Of a stretch of 64,000 nucleotides of DNA, positions 9,825-20,700 are shown piece by piece (position 1 is the first letter of the stretch; the number at the start of each line of letters is the position of its first letter). The notes beneath the pieces were generated by a model that was not told the DNA's origin, made no database searches, and saw nothing but the letters and a program-made list of their open reading frames with translations. The position numbers and the translations under genes were made by a program. Source of the stretch: Candidatus Melainabacteria bacterium 17Bon1m (lineage in GTDB: Bacteria; Cyanobacteriota; Vampirovibrionia; Obscuribacterales; Obscuribacteraceae); contig JAVLKG010000001.1 of the NCBI GenBank assembly GCA_032128875.1, positions 128,001 to 192,000 on the forward strand, given 5' to 3'.

Positions 9825-10814
9825 TTGGGCGTATTTGAATCTGTAGCTGACGCAATCGGCAACACTCCTATCGTAAAAATGAAGCGATTTGGCGCACAGC
9901 AAAATCACAATCACAATCTGTGGGCCAAGCTGGAATATCTCAATCCAGGCGGTTCCGTAAAAGATCGAATTGCGAAAAACATGATCGAGCAAGCGGAGCG
10001 CAAAGGTAAGCTGAAGCCCGGTGGTACCATTATCGAGGCTACAGCCGGCAACACTGGTATCGGTTTAGCAATGCTCGCCGCAATGCGCGGATACAAGCTC
10101 ATCACGATTGTTTCGCAGAAGGTGAGCCAGGATAAAGTAAAACTGTTGAGAACGCTCGGTGCGGAAATTGTAATTACTCCAACCGGCAAGAAGATGGGCG
10201 ATCCGGATCATTTTTTGAGTATCGCCAGGAGATTGACGGAGGAGCATGATGGTTGGTTCGTCGATCAATTCTACAATCCAGACAATGCGCAGGTTCATTA
10301 CGATGTGACTGGTCCTGAAATTTGGGAACAAACTGAGGGTGCGGTCGACGTGATTGTTGCAGGTGCAGGAACCGGCGGCACCTTATCTGGTGCCGGTCGA
10401 TTTTTGAAGGAGAAAAAACCTTCGGTCAAAGTCATTCTCGCCGATCCGGTGGGAAGTATTCTTGCGGATTTATACGATGAAGAGAAAACGACGCCAGCGC
10501 AATACATTGTTGAAGGAATTGGGCAGGATTTTTTGCCGGGCAATTTCCATAAAGCCGTTATTGATTTTGCGATTCGTGTCACTGACGAACAATCAGTTCA
10601 AGCGGCTTATGACTTGATGAAGTTTGAAGGGCTCTTTGGTGGAAGCTCATCTGGATGCATCGCAGCGGCTGCTGCAGCTTGCTGTGTGGATCTTGAAGGC
10701 ACTGGTAAAAATGTACTTGCGATTTTGCCAGATGGTGGAAGAGGTTATATGAGCACCATATATGATGACTCGTGGATCAAAGAGAAATTTCCGAACAAAA
10801 CGTTCGAGCGATAG
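9825..10814 (+). CDS. PLP-dependent cysteine synthase / cystathionine beta-synthase family protein
   Basis: IGNTP, KLEYLNPGGSVKDR, EATAGNTG, GAGTGGT and EGIG motifs. Confidence 0.93.
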   Translation: MGVFESVADAIGNTPIVKMKRFGAQQNHNHNLWAKLEYLNPGGSVKDRIAKNMIEQAERKGKLKPGGTIIEATAGNTGIGLAMLAAMRGYKLITIVSQKVSQDKVKLLRTLGAEIVITPTGKKMGDPDHFLSIARRLTEEHDGWFVDQFYNPDNAQVHYDVTGPEIWEQTEGAVDVIVAGAGTGGTLSGAGRFLKEKKPSVKVILADPVGSILADLYDEEKTTPAQYIVEGIGQDFLPGNFHKAVIDFAIRVTDEQSVQAAYDLMKFEGLFGGSSSGCIAAAAAACCVDLEGTGKNVLAILPDGGRGYMSTIYDDSWIKEKFPNKTFER

Positions 10815-10970
10815 TACGAGCGAAACATCTTTTTCTGCGCTTTTGATTTTGGACAAAGCACAATCTTTGCTTTAACTCCTTATATAGGGTGGCGGCAGCT
10901 TAAGCTCTATGACCGATATATGTGATTGGTCCCGTCTGGATATCTGATCGCCGCGACTTTAGTCTGGACA

Positions 10971-11320
10971 GTTGATCCGGCGCTTGTTAACAGAAAGTGC
11001 TTTGCGATCTCTATGTCTGAAGCGCATCTCTATAATGCCAAGAATGTGATCGTTAAATGATCTATGGGGTAGTTGATCGTATGCGCTGACGCGATAAACT
11101 AATTGCATAACCGGTGAGCACGTCACTTAAATGTTGAGTGCTTTGAGCCGAGGGGCATTTGTGGAAACTTCAGATCGGCGTCGATCGGAAACCGTAGCAA
11201 AAAGCCCGCACCACGTGAAGGACTGACTGAAGCGTGATGAAATACTGAGCTCTAATGCAAAGAGCAGTCAGGCAGTAGTAAGAATACCAGCGCAGAGCAA
11301 TCTGGCTGGTATTTTTATTT
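10971..11320 (+). ncRNA. Multicopy ~350-bp element, copy 1: upstream box, TATAAT (11031-11036), ~275-nt structured RNA candidate and terminator
   Basis: Near-identical to 12663-13011, 14301-14649 and 24079-24427. Stems show compensatory changes between copies and no reading frame is conserved in all four. Confidence 0.75.
11283..11320 (+). terminator. Intrinsic terminator of element copy 1
   Basis: AATACCAGC-GCAGAGCAATCTG-GCTGGTATT followed by a T-tract. Confidence 0.85.
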
Positions 11321-11367
11321 GCGCCCAACGGACGGCGCGCAGCCTTCAGACTCCATTTCGAAATCGG

Positions 11368-11515
11368 CCGCAGCGCCGGACTCCAGACGGCTTTTTCTGG
11401 GAGCGCCAGCTTCCAGCCGGCTTTTCTGGGAGCGCCAGCTTCCAGCCGGCTTTTTCTGGGACCGTCGGCTTCCAGCCGGCTTTTCCTGGGAGCGCCGGCG
11501 GCTCGCCGGCTTTTC
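11368..11515 (+). repeat. Tandem REP-like 29-30 bp units (TGGGAGCGCCRGCTTCCAGCCGGCTTTT), 4 clear and 1 degenerate
   Basis: Units start at about 11368, 11398, 11427, 11457 and 11487, each with an imperfect GCCGGC palindrome and no unique spacers. Confidence 0.85.
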
Positions 11516-11564
11516 TATAATGGAGAAGGAAACGCCTCTTTATTAGGCTGCCGGTCCACAATCT

Positions 11565-12599
11565 ATGTCGCTTCTCCTTCAGATTTCACTAGCGTTCGTT
11601 TTTCTTCTTTGGATACTTCCAATAATCCGAGGAGTTGAAATCTGTTTTCGCTCCATAACTCGTTTGTTAGGCGACTCCGCCGATCCCGATAGAGGTGCTC
11701 CTGCGCTCCTTGTCCCAAAGGAAGTTGAGCGCGATGTGCTTCGCCCTATCCCCTTCACTGATCATCGCTACCAGGAGCTCAGGAATGATGTGATTCGAGC
11801 TCGTGCATTGCTTAATCGTTCGCTGGATACTCAACTCGAACTTGAAGAACAGATTCGCGAACTGGAAGAAATCCCTCAGCATCAGGAAGCCGCAGTTACA
11901 GCAGATGCCATTGCAAGACTTCGGAAGGAAATCGATGAGCTTGCTCCACAGCACGACGCTCTGCGCGCTGAGCTGGCTGATAAGGAAAGCGCACTGCAGA
12001 AGGCTTATCCATTGAGACCGATGAGAGGCGCTGCTACAAAAACTGCATCTGCCGTCAAGAAAGAAAACCAAGCCCGTATTGCTAAGGCTGTTCAAACCAA
12101 AATTGACTTTGATGTCAAAAGACGCGAAGAATTTGCGAAAGAAACAAGGCATCGTGCTCAGATTCTTGCGCACATGCGCCTTGTCATTGACGCAGTTGAG
12201 AAACATGCAGTTGGTAAGAGGCGCATCGAAGAGTTGAAAGTCACGATGGAGACTTCGCACCGAGAGATTGAGACAATTAACGCTGTTCTCGCCGAGTGGG
12301 AGTCGAATGAAGATTTCCTATCAGAGAAGTTGGCGACCTTTGAAACCGGCAATGAAGCATTGCAGCGGAGAGTTGAAGAAGCCGCTCAGCGAGACGATCT
12401 CGAGGCTTTGGATGAGGCAGAGATGTTGCTGCTTGAACGTCAGGTTCAAGCCAGTAAGTTCAAGCTTTTGCTGGAAGACTCAATAAAGCAGGGGACCGAG
12501 TTGAAGGAATTGGGCAATAGATTCGAGAAAGTTCGCATTGCTATTTTGAAGAAGATTGTGGCAATTGAACCTAACTATCTCGATTTTAGGGTTGATTGA
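11565..12599 (+). CDS. Membrane-anchored coiled-coil protein, PspA/IM30-like (paralog 1)
   Basis: N-terminal hydrophobic helix and heptad-rich body. Shares the Y..L....IR.RALL.R and LR.EL..KE.....AY motifs with 13154-14236. Confidence 0.7.
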   Translation: MSLLLQISLAFVFLLWILPIIRGVEICFRSITRLLGDSADPDRGAPALLVPKEVERDVLRPIPFTDHRYQELRNDVIRARALLNRSLDTQLELEEQIRELEEIPQHQEAAVTADAIARLRKEIDELAPQHDALRAELADKESALQKAYPLRPMRGAATKTASAVKKENQARIAKAVQTKIDFDVKRREEFAKETRHRAQILAHMRLVIDAVEKHAVGKRRIEELKVTMETSHREIETINAVLAEWESNEDFLSEKLATFETGNEALQRRVEEAAQRDDLEALDEAEMLLLERQVQASKFKLLLEDSIKQGTELKELGNRFEKVRIAILKKIVAIEPNYLDFRVD

Positions 12600-12662
12600 T
12601 ATCGTTGGACTGGTCACGATGCTGTGTTTTTATATCCGATCGCCGTGGCGGTAGCTGCGCTT

Positions 12663-13011
12663 GTTGATCCGGCGCTTGTTAACAGAATTCGAATTGCGAT
12701 CACTATGTCTAAAGCGCATCTCCAAAATGCCAAGAATGGGATCGTTAAATGTACTGTGGGGTAGTTGAACGTATTTGCAAACGCGATAAACTAATTGCAT
12801 GAACGGTGAGCACGTCACTTAAATGTTGAGTGCTTTGAGCCGAGGGGCTTTGCGGAAACACTAGATCGGCGTCGATCGGAAGCAGTAGCAAGAAGCCCGC
12901 ACCACGTGAAGGACTGACTGAAGCGTGATGAAATACTGAGCTCGGATGCAACGAGCAGTCAGACAGTAGTAAAAATACCAGCGCAGAGCAATCTGGCTGG
13001 TATTTTTGTTT
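12663..13011 (+). ncRNA. Multicopy structured element, copy 2
   Basis: Begins GTTGATCCGGCGCTTGTTAACA, has -10-like CAAAAT, and ends in the terminator AAAAATACCAGC...GCTGGTATTTTT. Confidence 0.75.
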
Positions 13012-13049
13012 TTGCTGATTTGCGCGGATGCGCTGCCCGAGAGAGTGGC

Positions 13050-13107
13050 CGGAGCGTCAGCTTCCAGCCGGCTTTTGCCTGGGAGCGCCGGCGGCTCGCC
13101 GGCTTTT
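13050..13107 (+). repeat. Two REP-like units of the same family as 11368-11515
   Basis: GGAGCGTCAGCTTCCAGCCGGCTTTT and TGGGAGCGCCGGCGGCTCGCCGGCTTTT, followed by TATAATGGAG as in the first cluster. Confidence 0.85.
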
Positions 13108-13153
13108 ATAATGGAGTCAGGAACGCCATTGTGAAGGTTGTCGGAGCCTCTGT

Positions 13154-14236
13154 ATGTCGCCACTCCTGGGAATCTCACTAGCGATAATTGTTTTGCTCTG
13201 GGTGATTCCGCTTGCTTGGGCGGTTTCAACTGGCATACGCGCACTACCTCGTTTGGTCGGGGAGTTGATTGATTTCTTCAGAGACTTTTCCAAGCTCAGG
13301 AAAATGTCTGAAGGCGAAAGACACCTCTTGCGCAAAGAGTTACAGCTGGAAGCCGACTATCAGAATCTTCAGGATGAACTGATCCGTATCCGAGCTCTTC
13401 TTGCACGTACAATCGCTTTCAAAAAAGAGCTACTTACAAATATTCAGTCATTGACCAACGAAATATTGGAGAGCGATGCAATTCGAAAGTGCTCAGACAA
13501 TGAGCACCTTTCTGCCCGTGAACGACTTAAAGCGCTTGAACGAGAAGCTGCTGAAGTTGAATTTAAGATTGCTTCTCTTCGTTTTGAGCTGGAAGAGAAA
13601 GAGCTAGGAGTAATGCGAGCTTATTCTAGAAAACAAGTTGTGATTGCCAAAGACAAAGCTGACAATGCTACCGAGAAGGCGCGCAAAATTCTCGACCTTG
13701 TGGAAGCACAACATGCTGAAAATCCGTTACTTAAAATGGAGTTGAAGGTTCGGGCTCGGGAGGCTTCGGCTGATGCAGGTCTTGGTTCTGCAGTTTCTCA
13801 ACAGGCTCTTTCAACCTTTGTTGAGGCAGTTTTTCGCTTGCACATTGAATCTATGCCCTTGGAAAACCTCCAGAAGCTGATTCAACCAATCAATGATGTT
13901 GTAGGAGAGGTCACATCACTTGTGCTGTACCGAGAAGCTATCGAAGAGGTTTTGTCAATGCAGATGAGGTCTTCGGAAGCCGATCTACAGTCTTGGAAGC
14001 ATAAGGCAGCTGAAGCTGCCGCAGAAGATAGACAGTTGCTCATTAAGCAAGCAGAGGTCAATCAGCTTGAGTGCGAAGTTCAGATCGCAAAACAAATCCG
14101 TCAGCTCAAAGAGGAAAGAAACAAATTGGCTGATCTCAGACTCCTTGAAATGAAACTCGCAAAACGAAAAGACGAGATTCTGATGAAGATCGCCGACCTT
14201 CAGGGTGGAGATATGGACTTTTCGCCTGGCGAATAG
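13154..14236 (+). CDS. Membrane-anchored coiled-coil protein, PspA/IM30-like (paralog 2)
   Basis: TM anchor, then LQDELIRIRALLARTIA, KMELKVRAREA and WKHKAAEAAAEDRQLLIKQA, which resemble PspA/Vipp1 helices. Confidence 0.72.
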   Translation: MSPLLGISLAIIVLLWVIPLAWAVSTGIRALPRLVGELIDFFRDFSKLRKMSEGERHLLRKELQLEADYQNLQDELIRIRALLARTIAFKKELLTNIQSLTNEILESDAIRKCSDNEHLSARERLKALEREAAEVEFKIASLRFELEEKELGVMRAYSRKQVVIAKDKADNATEKARKILDLVEAQHAENPLLKMELKVRAREASADAGLGSAVSQQALSTFVEAVFRLHIESMPLENLQKLIQPINDVVGEVTSLVLYREAIEEVLSMQMRSSEADLQSWKHKAAEAAAEDRQLLIKQAEVNQLECEVQIAKQIRQLKEERNKLADLRLLEMKLAKRKDEILMKIADLQGGDMDFSPGE

Positions 14237-14300
14237 TGGTTGTGCACATGTGTGTTTCCCCTGTTCTAATAGTCTGATCGTTGTAGTGTTAGCTGTGTCT

Positions 14301-14649
14301 GTTGATCCGGCGCTTGTTAACAGAATTCGTTTCGCTATCGCTATGTCCGAAGCACATCTCGATAATGCCAAGAATGAGATCGTTAAATCATCTCTGGGGT
14401 AGTTGAACGTATTCGCAAAGGCGATAAACTAATTGCATAACCGGTGAGCACGTCACTTAAGTGTTGAGTGCTTTGAGCCGAGGGGCTTTGCGGAAACACT
14501 AGATCGGCGTCGATCGGAAACCGTAGCAAGAAGTCCGCAACACGTGAAGGACTGACTGAAGCGTGATGAAATACTGAGCTCGAATGCAACGAGCAGTCAG
14601 GCAGTAGTAAGAATACCAGCGCAGAGCAATCTGGCTGGTATTTTTGTTT
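14301..14649 (+). ncRNA. Multicopy structured element, copy 3
   Basis: Same boundaries and stems as the other copies, -10-like GATAAT, terminator at 14612-14649. Confidence 0.75.
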
Positions 14650-14785
14650 GCTGTGGTCGCCTTAAGAAGAGTATACTCACGGCAATCAAGCAGTCTGCCT
14701 CTCACTTGACTTTGTTGGTGAATGGTTCAGCAATGTTTTCTCATTTTTTTGTCTTGCAGGGAACATTGGCGCGTCCATCGGCTCT

Positions 14786-17700
14786 TTGATTGAGGAAACT
14801 CTCTTCACTGACCGGTGGTGGATGAAGCAGGTATCGCTTCCAATTTTTGCTCTCTTAGAAGGTGGAAACAGGCAGGAATTCTCTGCTGAAGAGCTGCCTT
14901 TGCGGGCTGAGCTGTTCAGCGCCGACCAGATGGAGCAGCATGGCAGGACCCTTGCCGGACTTCATAAGGTTGAATTTGGGCGAGCGCCAGATCAGCTGTT
15001 GGCTCGCCTGGCAGAAAACGAGCAGGTTTTGACTTATGCCTGCAATATGCTCACAGAAGCCGTCAATGACAACAGACGCATTACCTCTGCCGGTGAATGG
15101 CTTCTAGACAATTTCTACCTGATCGAAGAGCAGATAAGAACAGCCAAGAGGCACTTACCGAAGGGCTATAGCCGGGAATTACCTCACCTGATCAGTGGTG
15201 TGTCAGTGGGATTTCCTCGGGTCTATGACATCGCGCTGACCAATGTTTCGCATGGCGATGGAAAGTTGGACCCGGATAGCCTCGATCGTTTCGTGGCTTC
15301 TTACCAGACTGTCACAGAGTTGAAGATTGGCGAACTGTGGGCTATCCCGATTATGTTGCGGTTGGCTCTCATTGAAAACTTGAGAAGAGTCGCAGTGCGA
15401 ATGGTTATTCATATGAATGAGCATTTGCAGGCTGGTATCTGGGCCGACAAAATGATCGATGTAGCGACCAGTGATCCCAAAAGTTTGATTCTCGTGATCG
15501 CAGATATGGCGCGCTCCAATCCACCGATGGTAAGCGCTTTCGTCTCGGAGTTAGCTCGAAAGCTGCAAGGGCAAAGTTCGTCTCTGGCTTTAGGGCTGAC
15601 ATGGATGGAACAGCGTTTGGCAGAAGCCAGCACCTCCATTGAACAAATGGTACAGGCTGAAGCGCAAATTCAAGCTGCTGACCAAGTTTCGATCAGCAAC
15701 AGCATTGGCTCGCTTCGCTTTCTGGGAGCCATGGACTGGCGGAAGTTTGTTGAAGGGCAAAGCGTCGTTGAAAAAACTCTTCTTGAAGATCCGTCTGGTG
15801 ACTACGGCAAGATGGATTTTTCCACTCGTGACGATTACCGACACGTTGTTGAAAAGCTGTCAAAGAAATGTCGGTTGTCCGAAAAAGAGATTGCGCTTGC
15901 TGCGGTACAACTGGCGAAGAGCAATAAAAATGGTGATGCGAGAAGTAAGCACGTCGGTTTCTATCTGATTGATAAGGGACTGCCGGAACTTGAGAAAACG
16001 GTCGCAGTCAGATTTTCTCTCTGGGATTTGTGCAGACAGTTTGGACGCAGATATTCGCTCATCTCCTATCTGGCTCCAATATTTCTTATTACTTTTGCAG
16101 TCACCGCTGCACTTGCATACGCTGCACATGCGCATGGTGAATCCAAACAGTTTGTCGCAATTACCGCCGTAGTTACATTCGTCAGTGCCAGTCAGTTAGC
16201 CGTATCCCTGGTGAATTGGCTGGCGACCCTTCTGATTCCATCCAAACCGCTTCCGAAGCTTGATTACTCCAAAGGAATTCCTCGCGAGGAACGAACTTTA
16301 GTAATCGTCCCCACGATGATCTCGAGCGTTAGCAATATTGAAGATCTCGTAGAAGCCCTCGAAGTTCGCTTTCTTGCCAACCGAGACGAGAACTTGAGCT
16401 ATGCCTTGCTGACGGACTTTCTCGATGCTGACTCCGAATCGTTACCGCAAGACGAACTCTTGGTGAAAACGATAACCAGCAAGATCAATGAATTGAATCA
16501 GAATTACAAGTCCGGTCCGCGCGATATCTTCTTTCTCTTTCATCGGCCTCGTTTATTCAATCCAGCCTCAAATGTTTGGATGGGCTATGAACGCAAGCGG
16601 GGAAAATTGTCCGCGCTGAATAGTGTTCTTCGTGGAGGCAGTGCAGATTGCTTTTCAACTATTGTCGGCGACTACAAGTCGCTGGTTGGCACCAAGTTTG
16701 TAATCACGTTAGACACCGATACACAGCTTCCGCGTGATGCCGCCCGGCAATTTGTCGGCGCGATGATGCATCCTCTGAATAGAGCGCATTTCGATGAAAA
16801 CAGAAAATTGGTAACCAGTGGATATGGGATTCTTCAACCTCGCGTTGGAGTTTGCCTGCCCGGCACAAGTCTGTCTCGCTATGCGGCTCTGCAGGGAAAT
16901 GATCCTGGTATAGATCCTTATACTCGGGCTGTTTCTGATGTATACCAGGATGTGTTCTATGAGGGCTCATTCATCGGTAAAGGTATTTACGATGTTGAGA
17001 TTTTTGAAAAAACGCTAAGTGATCGTTTCCCTGAAAACTGCATCCTAAGCCACGATTTGCTCGAAGGCTGTTACGTGCGTTCTGGACTTTTAAGCGACGT
17101 CCAACTTTACGAAGAGTATCCCTCCGGTTACAGTGCAGACGTCGCCAGGCGTCATCGCTGGATTCGTGGTGACTGGCAGATCATTTCATGGTTAGGCGGG
17201 GATGTTCCTGTTTTAGGAAAGAGAAGGCAAAAAAATCCAGTTTCCTTTCTATCGCAGTGGAAGATCTTTGACAATTTACGCCGAAGCCTTGTACCTTCAT
17301 CGCTAGTTACAATGTTGATTGTGGGCTGGGTTTCACCGTCACCATCTTGGATTTGGACTGCATCAGCCTTGGCGATCCTTTTCATTCCTTCAATCGTCTC
17401 TTCTTTGTTGGAGTTAGTACGTAAGCCTGAAGACGTTCTCTGGAATCAGCATATTGCAAGCGCTCTGAGTTCTTCTGCGCGCAATTTGGGGCAAGCGATG
17501 TTCAATCTCGCGTGTCTTCCGTACGAAGCAACATACAGTCTTGATGCCATCTTTCGAACTCTGTTTCGCATGACTGTGACGAAAAAACATTTACTGGCTT
17601 GGTATCCGTCGAGTGAAGCCAATCGCAAACAACGTCGAGATTTCGTGGGCATTTATTCCCAAATGTGTAGCGCACCCACAATTGCATTAGGTGTTCTTGC

Positions 17701-20700
17701 TTATGTGATTGCGCAAAAGCCATTAGATATTGTTGCTGTTGGACCGATAGTCTTGCTCTGGATGTTTTCGCCGGCGATTGCCTGGTGGTTGAGTCGTCCG
17801 CTAGCAGTTAGTGGTTCCAATCTGACTGACGAACAACGTATTTTTCTTCGCAAAATTGCTCGTAGGACATGGGCTTTTTTCGAGACATTTGTAACGGCTG
17901 AAGACCATTGGCTGCCACCTGATAACATGCAAGAGTTGCCTATACATGTGGTTGCACATCGCACGTCGCCAACCAACATGGGAATGTCTTTATTGGCCAA
18001 CCTCGCGGCTTACGATTTTGGCTTTATTCAGTCGGGCGAATTGGTTGAGCGCACGTACAGCACCCTGGTGACAATGCGTGCTCTAGATAGTTATAGAGGG
18101 CATCTCTATAACTGGTATGACACTATAACGCTTAAACCGCTCAAGCCCTTGTACGTGTCCACTGTAGACAGCGGCAATCTCGCTGGACACCTTATCACAC
18201 TGAAAGCTGGACTCTTGGAGCTGTTTGATGAGCCAGTAATCTCCGTGCAGGTCTTTTCTGGACTACAAGATACGCTTGACGTGCTCAAACAGACTGTCGG
18301 GGAGAAGATTGTTATCCCTGAATTAACCACATTTGATGACCTTCTCAAGACAGCGAAACTTGACCCTCCTACCACAGTCACTGGTCTTCATGAATGGTTC
18401 GAGCAACTTCAGAAATGCGCTGAAGAAATAACCATTCGCGTTGGCGAAACACCGGGCACGGAGATAAAGCATTGGGTGCAGGCTCTTAAACGTCAGGTGT
18501 CTGCTGCGTTGATGGAGCTGACTTTGTTGATTCCGTGGACGGCGTTGCCGGGCTTGAATACTGTGTCTGAGAGGATCCCGCAGATTGAACAGACTCCTAC
18601 TTTGCGAGAACTGTCAACAATATACGACAGCCTGTCTCCGATCATTCAGAAGAGTTGTACGTCTGACCGTCCAATGCAAGAGCTAAAATGCTTCGCCGAA
18701 TTGTTGGCGCTCCTTTCCGAAGCCAGTCGTCGCGCAAAGGAGCGCATCGGCATTATTAGTCAACTTGTGATGCATGTCGAAGAACTAGCCCAAATGGAAT
18801 ATGACTTTCTTTATGACAAAAGCAAAAGGTTGCTGGCGATCGGTTATAACGCCGATGAGAAAAGAGTGGATGCCAGCTACTACGATTTGCTCGCGTCCGA
18901 AGCGCGTTTGTGTAATTTCGTCGCGATCGCACAGGGGCAGTTGCCGCAGGAAAGCTGGTTTGCTCTGGGACGGTCGTTAACAACGGCGGGTGGCAAGCCC
19001 GTGTTGTTCTCCTGGTCTGGCTCCATGTTTGAATATTTAATGCCATTGCTGGTAATGCCAAACTATAAAAATACTCTGCTAGATCAAACATACCATGCGT
19101 CAATTGAGAGACAAATTGAATACGGTAATCAGCGAAATGTGCCATGGGGAATTTCCGAGTCAGGGTATTTCGCGGTTGATGCGCATCTCAACTACCAGTA
19201 TCGTGCCTTTGGTGTTCCCGGGTTAGGCTTAAAACGTGGATTGGCGCAAGATCTGGTTATTGCGCCATATGCGACGGTGCTGGCATTAATGGTGGTGCCT
19301 GATGAGGCCTGCGAAAATTTGGAGAGGTTGACGTCTGAAGGTTTCGCAGGATCATACGGATTTTATGAGGCTGTTGACTATACTGCCGCGCGAATTCCGC
19401 GCGGACACAGCAGAGCAATTATTCAATCGTATATGGCGCACCATCAGGGCATGAGCTTTCTCTCCCTTGCTTACACTCTGCTCGATCAACCTATGCAACG
19501 GCGCTTTGTGAGCGATCCATCATTTCAATCTACTCTACTTTTGCTGCAAGAGAGAATACCTAAGGCGACGGCGTTCCACTCGCAAACGGCAGAAACCGCA
19601 GAGGTGCGCTTCGGGTCCGCGGCTGATGAAGCGCCGGTCCGTTTCTTTAGCAGTCCTAATACGACAGTTCCCGAAATACAGCTACTATCCAACGGTCGAT
19701 ATCATGTGATGATGACGAACGCGGGCGGCGGCTACAGCCGCTGGAAAGACCTGGCTATAACCAGATGGCGTGAAGATACAACGCGCGACAACTGGGGAAC
19801 GTTTTGTTTTATTCGGGACGTATCAACCGGTGAATTCTGGTCGACAGCATATCAGCCAACTCTCAAGCAACCCGATAGATACGAAGCAATTTTCTCTGAG
19901 GCACGTGTCGAGTTCCGCAGGCGCGACTTTGATTTCGACACACATACCGAAATCGTCGTTTCTTCAGAGGACGATATTGAGTTGCGAAGAGTACGCATAA
20001 CAAATCGCTCCCGGTCACGCAAGACGATTGATGTGACGAGCTATGCTGAAGTTGTGCTTGCAAATCCTAATCATGATAATGCGCACCCTGCATTTAGTAA
20101 TTTATTTGTGCAAACGGAGCTTATCGATCAGGGTCATGCAATTCTCTGCAACCGCCGACCGCGATCTGCGAATGAGCATCAGCCGTGGATGTTCCATTTG
20201 ATGTCTGTTCATGGTGCCACCACAGGAGATGTGTCACGAGAGACAGATCGTGCGAAGTTTATTGGCCGTGGAAATTCACTCTCTAACCCTTCTGCTATGA
20301 ACACTCCGGGACTGCTATCGAATACCCAAGGTTCTGTACTTGATCCTGTCGTTTCGGTTCGTTATCAAATAGTTCTTGACCCTGAAAAGTCCGCGATAGT
20401 AGACATAGTTACCGGTGTTGCCGACACCAGAGAAACTTGCATTAGCTTGGTCGAGAAATATCAGGATAGAGGGCTTGCTGATCGTGTTTTTGATTTGGCC
20501 TGGACACACAGTCAGGTTGTGTTGCGTCAGTTGAACGCTAATGAAGCGGACGGTCAACTTTATGCTCGCTTGGCGAATTTAGTGGTCTATGCAAGCAGTA
20601 CACTGCGCGCCGACGCTTCCGTGATAATCAAAAATCGGCGTGGTCAGTCCGATTTGTGGGGATATGCAATATCCGGCGATTTGCCGATTGTTTTGCTGCA

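Noticed and set aside
11043-11320. Repeated element as tmRNA, tRNA-like RNA or hammerhead ribozyme
   Set aside because: GCCGAGGGGC recalls tmRNA, but there is no T-loop, acceptor stem or tag frame. CTGACTGA...GAAA does not fit the CUGANGA-stem-GAAA hammerhead core.
10971-11320. Repeated element as an IS or MITE
   Set aside because: No terminal inverted repeats or target-site duplications are evident, upstream homology fades gradually, and no transposase is in the window. A non-TIR mobile origin is not fully excluded.
11368-11515. Possible CRISPR array
   Set aside because: Units abut directly with no unique spacers, and no cas genes are present in the window.
11319-11561. ORFs 11319-11546 (+) and 11346-11561 (-)
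   Set aside because: They are translations of the REP-like repeats.
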